This document shows positions 1-41,400 of a stretch of DNA of 64,000 bases, piece by piece. Location: NCBI RefSeq assembly GCF_006345805.1, contig NC_042999.1, positions 11,470,001 to 11,534,000 on the forward strand, given 5' to 3'. The position numbers and the translations under genes were made by a program. A model generated the notes under the pieces. The model did not search any database. It was not told where the DNA came from and saw only the letters and a list, made by a program, of their open reading frames with translations. The stretch comes from Octopus sinensis. Lineage: Eukaryota. Position 1 is the first letter of the stretch; each line of letters begins with the position of its first letter.

Positions 1-277
1 TGGGATGGTGCTGCTGTTACACACACACACACACGTCTAAGACTGCATCCATAGAAAGGTTTACCTGACTAATTGATATATTAGTCAGTTCCCAACACAC
101 TTTGATCTCTGACTCACAGACTTTCTGTCTTTCCTCTTACCACCCCTACATTCATTCCTCCTCCTCCTCCTCGCAGCTGCCTGGTCATGCAACACTACCA
201 CCTTAGCACTCAAGACCCGGGTCTCTTTTCTCCTCCTCTTCCACTCCTGTCAAACTGTCCCGCCCATGCCACTAGGG

Positions 278-828
278 ATCATCATCATCATCATCATCAT
301 CGTTTAGCGTCCGCTTTCCATGCTAGCATGGGTTGGACGGTCAACTGGGGTCTGTGAAGCTGGAAGGCTTCGTCAGGCCCAGTCAGATCTGGCAGTGTTT
401 CTACGGCTGGATGCCCTTCCTAACGCCAACCACTCCGCGAGTGTAGTGGGTGTTTTTTACGTGCCACCTGCACAGGTGCCAGACAGAGCTGGCGAACGGC
501 CACGAACGGATGGTGCTTTTACGTGTCACCGGCACGGGGCCAGGCGATGCTAGCAACGGACACGAACGGATGGTGCTTTTACGTGCCACCGACACGGGGC
601 CAGACAGAGCTGGCAACCGGCCACGAACGGACGGTGCTTTTACGTGTCACCGGCACGGGGGCCAGCCGAGGCTGGCAACGGACGCGAACGGATGGTGCTT
701 TTACGTGCCACCGACACGGTTGCCAGACAGAGCTGGCAAACGGCCACGAGCGGACGGTGCTTTTACATGTCACCGGCACGGGGGCCAGCCGAGGCTGGCA
801 ACGGACACGAACGGATGGTGGGGCATTA
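278..828 (-). mobile_element. RTE-type SINE-like element (family C) with ~6 tandem ~61-bp head units and a (GAT)n tail
   Basis: Reverse complement of GGTTGGCGTTAGGAAGGGCATCCAGC...CCAACCCATGCTAGCATGGAAAGCGGACG..(GAT)n. The GGTGCTTTTACGTG motif recurs near 449, 512, 572, 633, 695 and 756. Confidence 0.8.
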
Positions 829-1217
829 AATGATGATGATGAGACACACCTGATCAAAGTTCTTCTGGCATTTTGTTGTGTATTTGGCTCACACATTTAA
901 TTCTATATATCCTTTACTGCCCTCAGCTGTTCAGAATAGATTCCAAATCACCTTGAAATGTTACCTAGTCCTGTGTCTTATCCAGGAGGATATTTGCCCC
1001 TCATCTATTTTGAAATTTGATCTAAGAACAAAAGACATTTTGTTATATATTCTCACCGGTATTAAAACATTTAGCTTTGATTTAAAATGCTGACTAAAAA
1101 TGCACAAAAAAACGTTATTCAAATACATTGATGAATCATTTTTGTTTTCAAAATAAAATTTAAAGAGTAACAACAAAAAGAAACATTTCTAAAAAGTGAA
1201 AACAAAAATATATAAAA

Positions 1218-1723
1218 CTAGCAGTATCGCCCGGCGTTGCTCGGGTTTGTAAGGGAAATAACTATATAAGCATTTTTAGAGAGTTACTTCCCTTATAAAT
1301 TCGGGCTTTCTTAGCCATTTTTGTTTTGGTGTCTTCAAGCCATGAAGTCGTTGTTCTAAAAGAACGCTGGTCTCCTTCACAACGCATTACGACGTTGATT
1401 TCTTTACACTCCCTTCCCCACAACTTCACGAGGGAGGGAAGGGGGAGAAGCAAACAGGTGCAGCTGTGAGCGTGGACGCCAACTCCGCCGCCATCGACAC
1501 ACGATGCATTTTATGCATTAAAATGGAATAAAAAATGATGTTAAATTATTTTTAAAATCGTAGACTCATCGTTGACGCGCGCTAATAGTCAGACGGGCTC
1601 GATATGAATCACGACTATAAGATACCCGAATTTGGTTAAACTGCACCGCAAAATGTGGGAGGAGTTAGGAATCTAAATCGAAGGGGACAGACACTCACAC
1701 AACTAGAGTTTTATATATATAGA
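1218..1723 (-). mobile_element. Non-autonomous Helitron (506 bp)
   Basis: On the minus strand it starts TC(TATATATATAAAAC) and ends with a GC hairpin (CCCGAGCAACGCCGGG) ~8 nt before a terminal CTAG. It is inserted between A and T with no TSD, and is CpG-rich relative to its flanks. Confidence 0.85.
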
Positions 1724-2553
1724 TTATACATAATGGTGGTGCCCCAGCATGGCCACAGCCTCTGGTTGACACAAGTAAAGATAACAGTATTGTAACGTTG
1801 CTTAATCCATCATTTAAAATATGAAAGCAATGTCACGAGAAGGAGACACACACATATTCGTATGACAGGCTTCTCTCAGTTTCTGTCTACCAAATCCACT
1901 CCCAAGGCTTTGGTTGGACCCAGGGCTTTAGTAAAAGGAGCCATGCAGTGGGACTGAACCTGCAACAATGTGGTTGAGAAGCAATGTTCTTACCCATTCT
2001 CCCTAATAAGCAAAATATCATTCTATCTTTTATCTTTTTTTTCCTGTCCCAGTCATTAGACTGTGGCCATACTGGAGCACCACCTTTAAGGGTTTTTAGT
2101 TGAATGAATCAACTTCAGTCCTTGTTTTTCAAGTCTGGTACTTACTCTATCAGTCTCTTTTGCTGAACTGCTTAGTTACTACTAGTTGTCAAGCAGTGAT
2201 GGTTTTCTGTCTGCCAAATCCACTGACAAGGTTTTGGTTGACCTGAAGCTATAGTTAGAAGACACTTGCCCCAAGGTGCCACATAGTGGGACTGAACCCA
2301 GAACCATCCACACCTATGCTTATGAGCCATTCCTCTACCTTGTATTGAAAAATCCACAAAATTTACTTTTTGTAATAACATTAGATCAAGCTGTACCCTT
2401 CCAGTGTTTTTTTTTGGTTTTTTTTTGAATAAATTTATTTTGACAAAACCAATTAAAATATTTTCTTTGCATTAAATGTTGTTTTCTGTTTTAATATTTG
2501 CATTCTGTGGTTCGTCTGATGAAATCTCTACATAATGTCTTCTCGTCTGATAG

Positions 2554-31419
<28,866 letters not shown>

Positions 31420-31735
31420 CCGACAGATCCGTTTGAGCCACCTTTTTTTTTTCTCCTCCGGCCCAACCACGACCACCACCACCACCACTGCTGTTACTGC
31501 TGCCACCGTCGTTGTCATCACACACACTCACTCCTATACATACACTCAAACTTCTAGGAAAGTTGAGAGAGACCCAGTGATGCTTCTCAAAGACAATTCC
31601 TTCCTTCCTTCTTTCTATCCTTGACTTTTGGGACAATTAAAAGACACCCCCCCTTCCAACAACCATCAACAGCTGAAGTAAAACAGTTTAGATTTAAAAA
31701 AAAAATTTTTTAACTTAATTTCTTTTTTTTTTTTT

Positions 31736-32559
31736 GTTTTGTGTGCAACTCTCAGTTTCTGATAAGTGTATGTTTTTTTTTTTTTTATTTGTTCAATGCA
31801 CACAACATCATATGCACTCTTTATGAACACCGGTGTGTATATATACAGTCTGGGTGTGTATATACAATTGATGAAGGCTGTACGTTTGTACCTGTGCAAC
31901 TGTGAACATAAGGATTCCTGCTCTACAAAATACAAAGACATTTCTATCTCAACCTTCCCCGTCTCTCACACTCGTCAACATCTTCATCCAACATCAATGG
32001 TTTTTCAGTTCTCACCTCGTCTATTTTCTAGTCTTCCTCTTTTGCCATCAAACAGTTCATTCTTTATCGCCTCTTCCGACTCCAAATACTAATCACAAAA
32101 AAAACCTGACCCTTTTTTTCATGGTTCCAAGTCATCAAATCTTAATTCTGTGGTGTTTTATAAAAAACACATTTTCTAATCTTTTTCTTCTTTTCGTTGT
32201 TTTGATTTTCATTAATTTTTATGAAAAAGAAAAATAATGTTTAAGTTTCAGAGAAATTGTTAAGTCCAAGGATGACCAACCTGCTGGATTATTGTTTGTA
32301 AATCCAGGATTGTCTTAAAGTTTTATTAATTATGGATTTAAAGAAATTGTTTTTTGAACCTATTTAATGTTAGTGCTCGTTTGCATTGTATCCAGATACA
32401 ATCTACTAATATTTAGAGATAAGCTGCAGACTCAGAGGGAAACCAAATGTTTTATCATTTTTCTGATTTTTATTTCCTCTGCTAACTTCCCAACACGTTT
32501 GCTCTCTCTCTCTTCCTCTTTACTCAACAATCTACTCTTACTAATAATATGTCTATTAT

Positions 32560-32604
<45 letters not shown>

Positions 32605-33890
32605 AAAGTTGACGTCAGCTTTCTTCTTCTTCCTTCTGCTTTGACAACTGTTTTACTTCACCCAAATCCATCTTTTCTCCCTCCACACTCAACACACCAC
32701 TTGGACAACCATTCTCTGCCCCACCCCTGCCCCCCAAAGCCTTTCTCTTCTGGTCTTGATAAAAATCTATCCTTGTCTTTCCCTGTGTTTTTTTCTTCTT
32801 CTTCTTTGTTTCAGTTTCACGATTTGTTTCTTGGATTTAAATTATATATTTTTTTTCCTTATCAAATCAAAACAAGTTATTTATTTGGGGAGAAAACGTA
32901 ATGTTTTCACTTCTTAATCTCTAAATATCTTGAGACTTTCAGGGAATGCTGATCAGGAGAGCAAACTTGAAAAATCATTTTGTGTTTGAAACTAAACAAA
33001 AAAAAAAAGACTGCAGCAGACGTTGTTAGCGTCAACAAAATGGTTTTCTTTTCTTTTTTTTTTTTTTGTTTTGTGTGCAACTCTCAGTTTCTGATAAGTG
33101 TATGTTTTTTTTTTTTTTATTTGTTCAATGCACACAACATCATATGCACTCTTTATGAACACCGGTGTGTATATATACAGTCTGGGTGTGTATATACAAT
33201 TGATGAAGGCTGTACGTTTGTACCTGTGCAACTGTGAACATAAGGATTCCTGCTCTACAAAATACAAAGACATTTCTATCTCAACCTTCCCCGTCTCTCA
33301 CACTCGTCAACATCTTCATCCAACATCAATGGTTTTTCAGTTCTCACCTCGTCTATTTTCTAGTCTTCCTCTTTTGCCATCAAACAGTTCATTCTTTATC
33401 GCCTCTTCCGACTCCAAATACTAATCACAAAAAAAACCTGACCCTTTTTTTCATGGTTCCAAGTCATCAAATCTTAATTCTGTGGTGTTTTATAAAAAAC
33501 ACATTTTCTAATCTTTTTCTTCTTTTCGTTGTTTTGATTTTCATTAATTTTTATGAAAAAGAAAAATAATGTTTAAGTTTCAGAGAAATTGTTAAGTCCA
33601 AGGATGACCAACCTGCTGGATTATTGTTTGTAAATCCAGGATTGTCTTAAAGTTTTATTAATTATGGATTTAAAGAAATTGTTTTTTGAACCTATTTAAT
33701 GTTAGTGCTCGTTTGCATTGTATCCAGATACAATCTACTAATATTTAGAGATAAGCTGCAGACTCAGAGGGAAACCAAATGTTTTATCATTTTTCTGATT
33801 TTATTTCCTCTGCTAACTTCCCAACACGTTTGCTCTCTCTCTCTTCCTCTTTACTCAACAATCTACTCTTACTAATAATATGTCTATTAT

Positions 33891-33947
<57 letters not shown>

Positions 33948-34409
33948 AAAGTTGACGTCAGCTTTCTTCTTCTTCCTTCTGCTTTGACAACTGTTTTACT
34001 TCACCCAAATCCATCTTTTCTCCCTCCACACTCAACACACCACTTGGACAACCATTCTCTGCCCCACCCCTGCCCCCCAAAGCCTTTCTCTTCTGGTCTT
34101 GATAAAAATCTATCCTTGTCTTTCCCTGTGTTTTTTTCTTCTTCTTCTTTGTTTCAGTTTCACGATTTGTTTCTTGGATTTAAATTATATATTTTTTTTC
34201 CTTATCAAATCAAAACAAGTTATTTATTTGGGGAGAAAACGTAATGTTTTCACTTCTTAATCTCTAAATATCTTGAGACTTTCAGGGAATGCTGATCAGG
34301 AGAGCAAACTTGAAAAATCATTTTGTGTTTGAAACTAAACAAAAAAAAAAAGACTGCAGCAGACGTTGTTAGCGTCAACAAAATGGTTTTCTTTTCTTTT
34401 TTTTTTTTT
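31736..34409 (+). repeat. Tandem duplication of ~1.33 kb in the muskelin 3' UTR (31736-33067 and 33068-34409)
   Basis: Identical ORFs at an offset of 1332 (31766/33098, 31902/33234). By eye the copies differ only in (CTA)n and T-run lengths. Confidence 0.95.
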
Positions 34410-35107
34410 ATTCTGGGTAACTTTTCCAATAATTTCAAATGATTGTTCTCTTCTTACGTAAACTTGGAAACAGTTGAATATTATCCAACATTAAATTTTC
34501 TCATTTTCAGCAATTGACTTTTAGGTGGGAATTATTATCATAAAATGGAAAATTTTTTCACTGGCGCCAAACAAGAAAAAAAAAATACTCCTCCGTGTAA
34601 AATAAATTTTAAAATATTATTTCTCAGTTTATTTTGTAATTTTCAATTACAAAAAAAAACCCTTTTGTATGTTTTCATCTATCATTAATGTTTCCAAGAA
34701 AACAGCCCAAAATATAACTTTTTAATTAAGACAGAGTAATTAATCTCCCTAAATAATACTTTCATTGCATCAGAACTTCTTGTCTAAAGAATATATATTA
34801 AAAAAAAAAAAAAGGACCTCTAAAACCTAGAAAGCTTGAGACTTGTTAGTAGGGGTTCTGGCATCAGTGCTTTCTTTGCAGAACAGCAGCAGCAGCAGCA
34901 GGTTTTGAGACCGATTCGTATTTGTCGGTGGGTTTCATCAGATTTTCATGTCAGAAGTATTTTGCTATTTAAAAAAAAATGGGGTGAAAGAACTGTATTT
35001 CAGTAACTGTGATAAAGAAGTTAAATTGCTGACACCCACTTTTTAAATTATTATTCTTTTTTTGATTTTTTTTTTTCTCAAAATCGAAGAATAGATTTTA
35101 TAAAATT

Positions 35108-35140
35108 CAATAAATATTAAAAACTTCCAATAAAAATAAA
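35108..35140 (+). promoter_or_regulatory. Candidate muskelin polyadenylation signals (clustered AATAAA)
   Basis: Three AATAAA hexamers at the end of the T-rich UTR-like region, just before SINE-rich sequence resumes. Confidence 0.35.
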
Positions 35141-36519
35141 ATCAATTTTTTTTTAACAAAAACTGTCACACTTTGGCCAATTTATATTTTTACAGGCTTT
35201 TGATACGGGACCATTTCATATGGAAATGAAACAGCATCAAAGAAGATAAAAACATTTAGAGATTTCACCGACTTTGCAGGAACACAATCACTTTTTTCTT
35301 TGCTCCCAACAACTCTTGTCTTTTTCTTTTTTCTTTTTCTCTGCTCAATCTACGACAGTTCTTTGTGTTATTTAGGTGCAGGCTGTGTGCTAAGAAGCTT
35401 GCTTTCCAACTACATGGTTCCAGGTTCAACCCCATTCTGTGGAATCTTGGACAAGTGTTTGCTACTGTAATCGTAGGCTGACCAATGTCTTGCAAGTGGA
35501 TTTCGTAGAGAGAAACCAAAAGAAGTGTGTCATGTGTGTCCTTGCCTTTATAATGCAAGCAAGTTGTAAATGAGTATCACTGTCATACAAGCGGTCCTCT
35601 GAAAAGATTACCTTATTTGGGCATTGGTGGCAGAAGAGCTTCATCTGGCCTGGGAAAATATTTGCCTCAGACAGTGACCCATGCAAAAATGGAGAGGAAA
35701 ATGATGTTTGGGTGTTGATGCAAAAAGATTTCTGCTGAGATAAACCCAATGTAATTAGGATCTCACGTTTGTTGAGATGGACAGGTCCTTTTGGTCCTCT
35801 GTCAGCTTCTCTGAAAATCATTCTATTTCCTCCCACATCCCATGACCAACAAAGTCTCCTCCCTTGCACATTGTATCTGACTCAATGTCCACTGTTTCTC
35901 CCAACACATCCATTTTTGTTAAGACTTGTAAACCAAGATATTTATGGGGATGGAATAGGGATTTTGTCAGGGATTCTTCCTCTATTTCTTTGCCATCCTT
36001 CCCCAGTGCCATGCATCATCTGTCCTCACCACAGTCACTTGGGGAAAGCAAATCTGTTTTACTGAGAATGCGCCGGTAGCATGTAAAAAGCACCCCCTAC
36101 ATTCTCGGAGAGGTTGGCATTAGGAAGGGCAATCCAGCTGTAGAAACATTGCCAGATCAGATTGGAGCCTGGTGCAGCCGACTGGCTTGCCATTCCTCAG
36201 TCAAACTGTCTAACCCATGCCAGCATGGACAACGGATGTTAAAACGATGATGATGATGATGATGTATGAAGCAAGAGTTAACTAATGGACAACGTTGAAG
36301 GGAAACGGAAGAAGATGCTTTGGAGAGGCAAAGAATTAGAAAGTTGTGTCAGGAGACTTTTTTAAAAAAATAATAAAACATGATAATGAGTGAGTAATGA
36401 AATGGAAATTAATTAAGACTAATGAACCTTTATAATTGGGGAAATTCTAACGATTGGAATTATAAGCTCATTTATTGACCCCTTTGTTACTGTATATCTG
36501 TTGAAATTCTTTCAATTAA

Positions 36520-38415
36520 TTGACAGAACTTGCTGAGGCAAAAAGGTGAAATGAAAGGACACTAGATAAGGGGCTGAGCAATCAGCGGAAGCAACAAAGG
36601 TGTTGGACATCAATGTTGTAGATGAAAGTTGGTCTTATAAAACCAGACCGAAGAATGGTGTGAGGCAGCAAGAAAAAAAAAAGGGGTACTGTGAAATGAG
36701 CTGAGTCAAAAAGGGCAGTGGTTAGTGAAGGGGTTGCTATGAAACCAGCTGAAGTAACAGGGTATTGAACATGTAAACTGAATGAAGAAGGTATGAGGCT
36801 AACCAGGTGAGTAAAGAAGGTCTGCAGGAGCCAGCAGACAACCCTTTGGGGTCTCAGGGTGTTGCAGACTCAGCTAAAGTGAGTTGACAAAGTTGGAGGA
36901 AACGAGTCAAAGCAAAAGTGAACTAATGGAGCATCTGAGGCGATTGGGAACTAGGCTTTCTGGCCATGCCCCACCGAATCATTTCGAAAATCCTGATGCC
37001 CCCCTTGTGATATTTAATTTTTGTTATTCAAAATTTGGTTAATGTTTACAATATTACCTGGAAACAAAATTTTTTAAAAGTAGTGTAACGTAAAAAAAAA
37101 TGTGCAGAAAGTAATGGGGAGGGGGGACTTCAGAAAATTCACAAGATCTGAGTTTTTTGCCCATAATTTGGTGACCATTTATCATGGATATAAATCCAAA
37201 TTTTCAATGTTCCTCTAAATATTGATGAACTCATTTTTCAACAATTTCTGCAAAAAGATTTCAGTATAAACTTTCAGAAAATCTGCTCAAAAAGAAACCA
37301 AAAAATATTCCGTGAATCTTCTTCAGGTGCAAAAGCCTTTCTTTCTATCTTTTTGCTGAATTCGCAAACTGACCGGTGGGAATAAAATGACCTTTTAATT
37401 TTCACCTCTGCTCAAAGCATACACGTGTGTGCATTTATCAGTACTTATAAATCTCTCTCTCTTCCTTCCCTGACCCTTCCCACACCATTCAATTCTTTCA
37501 CCCTTCACCCACCCAACACCCTGCAGCACCACATTTTTCTTGTCTTCCTAGATTTTTGTTGCCAGAAATGAAAAAAGGGTCAATATTCAGACACACCCGC
37601 ACACATAAGTCTGACCCCAGTTTATTAAGATGGCATCGCTTTCAGTACTGACCAACTGCTACATGTTTCCACAGACCACTGAATCAAAGGAAATAATCTA
37701 TTTCCTCTTTAGTGACATCAGATCTTATGAATGTAATGAAATACAATGAAAAAGATCTGTTGTCTCTAAAATGTCCAAAATTTGAAAAAGTTGTCCACAG
37801 AAAGGATTTTAAGAAATTTTTTTTTAACAACTGATTCTCTTGCCCCACATTGGGAATAACAGAACTAGACAAATGGTTTGAGTCAACAGAACAAGCTGAA
37901 GCAACAGGGTTCTTGACAAAAGCAGGTGAGCCAAGAGTGTGCAAGGGATCCAGCTGAAGGGAAAAGGTACAATACAACTCATTGGGGGTAAACAGCTGAT
38001 GACGGGTCCATCAGCTGAGGCAACAGGGTTCCAGACATTACTGCAGGATTTGTTGAATAAATAAGATATAAGCATCCAACTGAAGCAGGAGGTGCTAGAC
38101 AACCAGCTGAAATTATAGGGTACTACACAAGGGGCAATAGGGTACTAGAAAACTAGTTATAGAAACAAGGTGCTACAGAATCTGCTTATAAAACAAAGTC
38201 CTGCTGGATCTGCGAGGCAACAGGGAATAATAGAGCAGCCGTGTGCTTAAGTAGCTGTTGTGAGAACAAAGTATAGGACCAGTTGAGTGAAAGGGTCTTG
38301 CAGAACTACATGAAGCAACAGGGCACGAGTTGAGTGAACAGGGTATTACAGAGACCCTGAGGTAAGGGGCTATTATATACACTAGAAAACCAGCTGAGAT
38401 GAAAGGGTTTAAAAG
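36520..38415. repeat. Highly degenerate ~28-bp minisatellite in two blocks (~36520-36960 and ~37850-38415)
   Basis: Recurrent variants of ACCAGCTGAGGCAACAGGGT(ACTAGA). Confidence 0.55.
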
Positions 38416-41400
38416 GGGCCAGAAAATCAGGTGAGTTCAAATTCTGCTGAGACCGACTTTGCCTTTCATCTTTTTGGGGTTGATAAAATAAGGACCAGTT
38501 GAGCACTGGGGGTTGATGTAATCGACAAAGCTCCCACTCCTCCAAATTGCTGGCCTTGTGCCAAAATTTGAAACCAATATTTAAATCAAAGTAAGAATTA
38601 AAAAAGAACCCGTAGAGATACCCCCCCCCCATCACTACCCCACCCTGACTTTTGTTGTTGTTATAGTGGTTTGCATATTTGTTGGGGGTGGGTAAAATTG
38701 AATCATGTCCAGAATGAAGAAGTTGGACCAAGGGCCAGGGCTGGCATTTAAGTTACTCCTTCTGATGACACAAATGATGAACCCCAAATGCAGCAGCGCA
38801 TATTTCCGACAATATAATTAATGGGAAGCCAAACTTTGCAAGTAGGACCCAGAGTGAAATATTCTTGAGACTTTTGTGTACAAGAAAATAAGTCTACCAC
38901 ACCGTCAAATATGGCAGCCAAACACTGCACCATTTCTTGCATTACATAAGGAATTCTCAGACTGGCACAAGGTGGGGGGGGGGGGTAGGTGATTGAATCA
39001 AGCCGAGTTTAAGCATGGCACACAACACACAACAGTGACGGTATAAATGGTAAAATTGACTTGGTAGAAATTCAACCTACACACAGAAAAACTAAACGAA
39101 ATTGCCACAAGGTATGTCATTAATCTGTTTTGATAAGAAAGGAAAAATTGAAGTTGTTAATTTGTTAAGAATTAAGAAACTTTGAGGGAAACGAAATAAT
39201 TTGCTTTCAACTGTGGATAAAAGAACAAATAATGGCCCAGAGAAGAAACAATCTCTTTCGATAGAAAATGTCAGATGCTACCAGCAGCCTTTTCTGTCCA
39301 AACATTCTAAATGCCAGTTTTTCAGCTTTATCTTCTTCAAGCTCCACATCTGAAAGGAATTTATTTTAGTATTTTTAGATCCGAAACAGATTTTTCTAAA
39401 ATATCAACAAACAACAATAATAAATTGTTATTAAGACATTGTGTTGTTAGAGAAAATGTATTTATTTTCAAGAAAAGTTCATGAGAAAAAAAAAAAAACG
39501 CTTTACAAGAAATATATAGAATCTATCAAAGACAAAATATAGTGTTAATTTACACTAAGGCCTCAAATTGTGGTCAGGGGTGGGTCTCATCCTTTGTACA
39601 CTTGGGTCACCATCGTTATTTCTGTAGTGGAGATAAAAAGAGTTCTTAGCAGTGGAGAGCCACCATTGTGGCCAGTGTTGGCCGAACCAGTCACATATAT
39701 ATATATATATATACATATACCTACCTATATATATATATATATGTACGTGTGTGTGTAAAGAAAAAGAGGATGTGGGGGGGGCAGCTTTTATGAAATCGAT
39801 AAAGGATCTGAGAAGGGGTTTGTGTGGTGGGTGGGGTTAAGCAATGCAAAAATCATTTTATTTGTAGGTGGGAGGGTGGGTGATGATGACAGAATTTAGA
39901 ATGAAATGAAAGGGATTAAAAAAAAAAAATGTTAAGTAAAAGGTGAATGAATTAAGGCTTTTCTTTTTTTAATTAATGTCCAGCACTGGTTTGCCACTAA
40001 CGAATGAGTGGATGTCTTTTTTATATTCATTTTGTTTTGGGTTTTTTTTTGTATAATTTATGGAATAAAAATGTTTCAAATAGTCTAATTTGTTTTATTT
40101 TTCTTTTGTTATTTTTTTAGGGTTTTTCTTCTTCTTTTTCGTTTCTGTAAAGCAGCAGTGAAAAGGCACTGTTTTCTGGCAAATCCAGAATAAGTTGTGT
40201 TGTATTTTTTAAAAACTTTTGTTTTTCCATTCTGAGGTGGGGGTCAAGGGGTGTTACCACATCCAAAGCCAGTCTCCAAGGGTTTCAATGACACACCATA
40301 ACACACACACACACACACACAAATTCACGCATACATACACACACACACACACACACAATATATATAGATATCAAAAACAAAAATCCCATGGTACATCAGT
40401 TTCAAAGTCTTGCTTGCTGAAATAAAGAATTTAATGACCATTATTGGTTTTGAAGTGAAAGAACATACAAAACACGAGAGCAGGGAGTTCTTCAGACTGT
40501 CCGTATGTGGCAATGCCTGCAGTTTTTAAAGTTCAAAATGAAGAAACTCCTCTCCCTTTCTCCCCACTCCCCTTTCTTGTTAAAAGCAGAAGGGAGATGA
40601 ATAATTAACATACAATAAACTGAAACAATTAGTTCTGGTTATAAGGCAATTAGCAGTGGTGAGGGTGGGGTGGGGTGGGGTGGTTTGTATATTGGTCTTC
40701 GATCATTTTAAGAATTTGCTGAAAGAAGTCTGTATATTTTACACACACACACACACACACACGTACATCTATACAAAATGGTTTTCACGAATACTTTACC
40801 AATTATCAAGAAATAGGAATGCAAAGAGAATTCAAGTCATGAAGAACAGATTTAAAGAAAGGAAAAAAAAAGGTCATGAGATAAAATTTAAAATATGCGT
40901 CAAATTACTGCACAATCCAAACATGAAACTTGAAGTAGCTCATGTTTATCTCATGAATCCATTAAATAATATTTACCTCTTGCTGGGTTGAATGCTTTTT
41001 TCTTTTTGCTGATCCTATCAATAAGCAAGTTTTTAATTAACAGAATTTACAAAGTGACTAAATGGCCAAGAGTTTTATGCATGACACTAATTAAGTTAGT
41101 TTCAAATTAAGACGACCACCGATGTAGAATTATCTCTGGACTGTTCTAGAAAAAAATATCTGCTCATGTTTTGACTTGTATTTTGTTTCTTCTTTTCACT
41201 GAACAGACACACAGACACACATCTCTGTAAACATATTCCAATGTTTCTTTTTATTTGTTGAAGGTGAATGGCAGTAACTTTTCTACAAAATACTTTCGTT
41301 TTACACAAAGTTGTTTTTTCAAACCATTTCGTTTAATTACTGCAGAAGTGGGGGAGAGGAAGAGGAAGAGGAGTTTTTGCTGGCATAATTTTCGTAATTA

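Noticed and set aside
320-900. Overlapping repetitive ORFs; superficially CRISPR-like periodicity
   Set aside because: These are tandem units inside a SINE. The intervening sequences are themselves repeated, there are no cas genes, and the context is a eukaryotic intron.
35750-36060. Possible RTE endonuclease remnant (GGDFVGHG)
   Set aside because: A single weak motif; it cannot be supported without a homology search.
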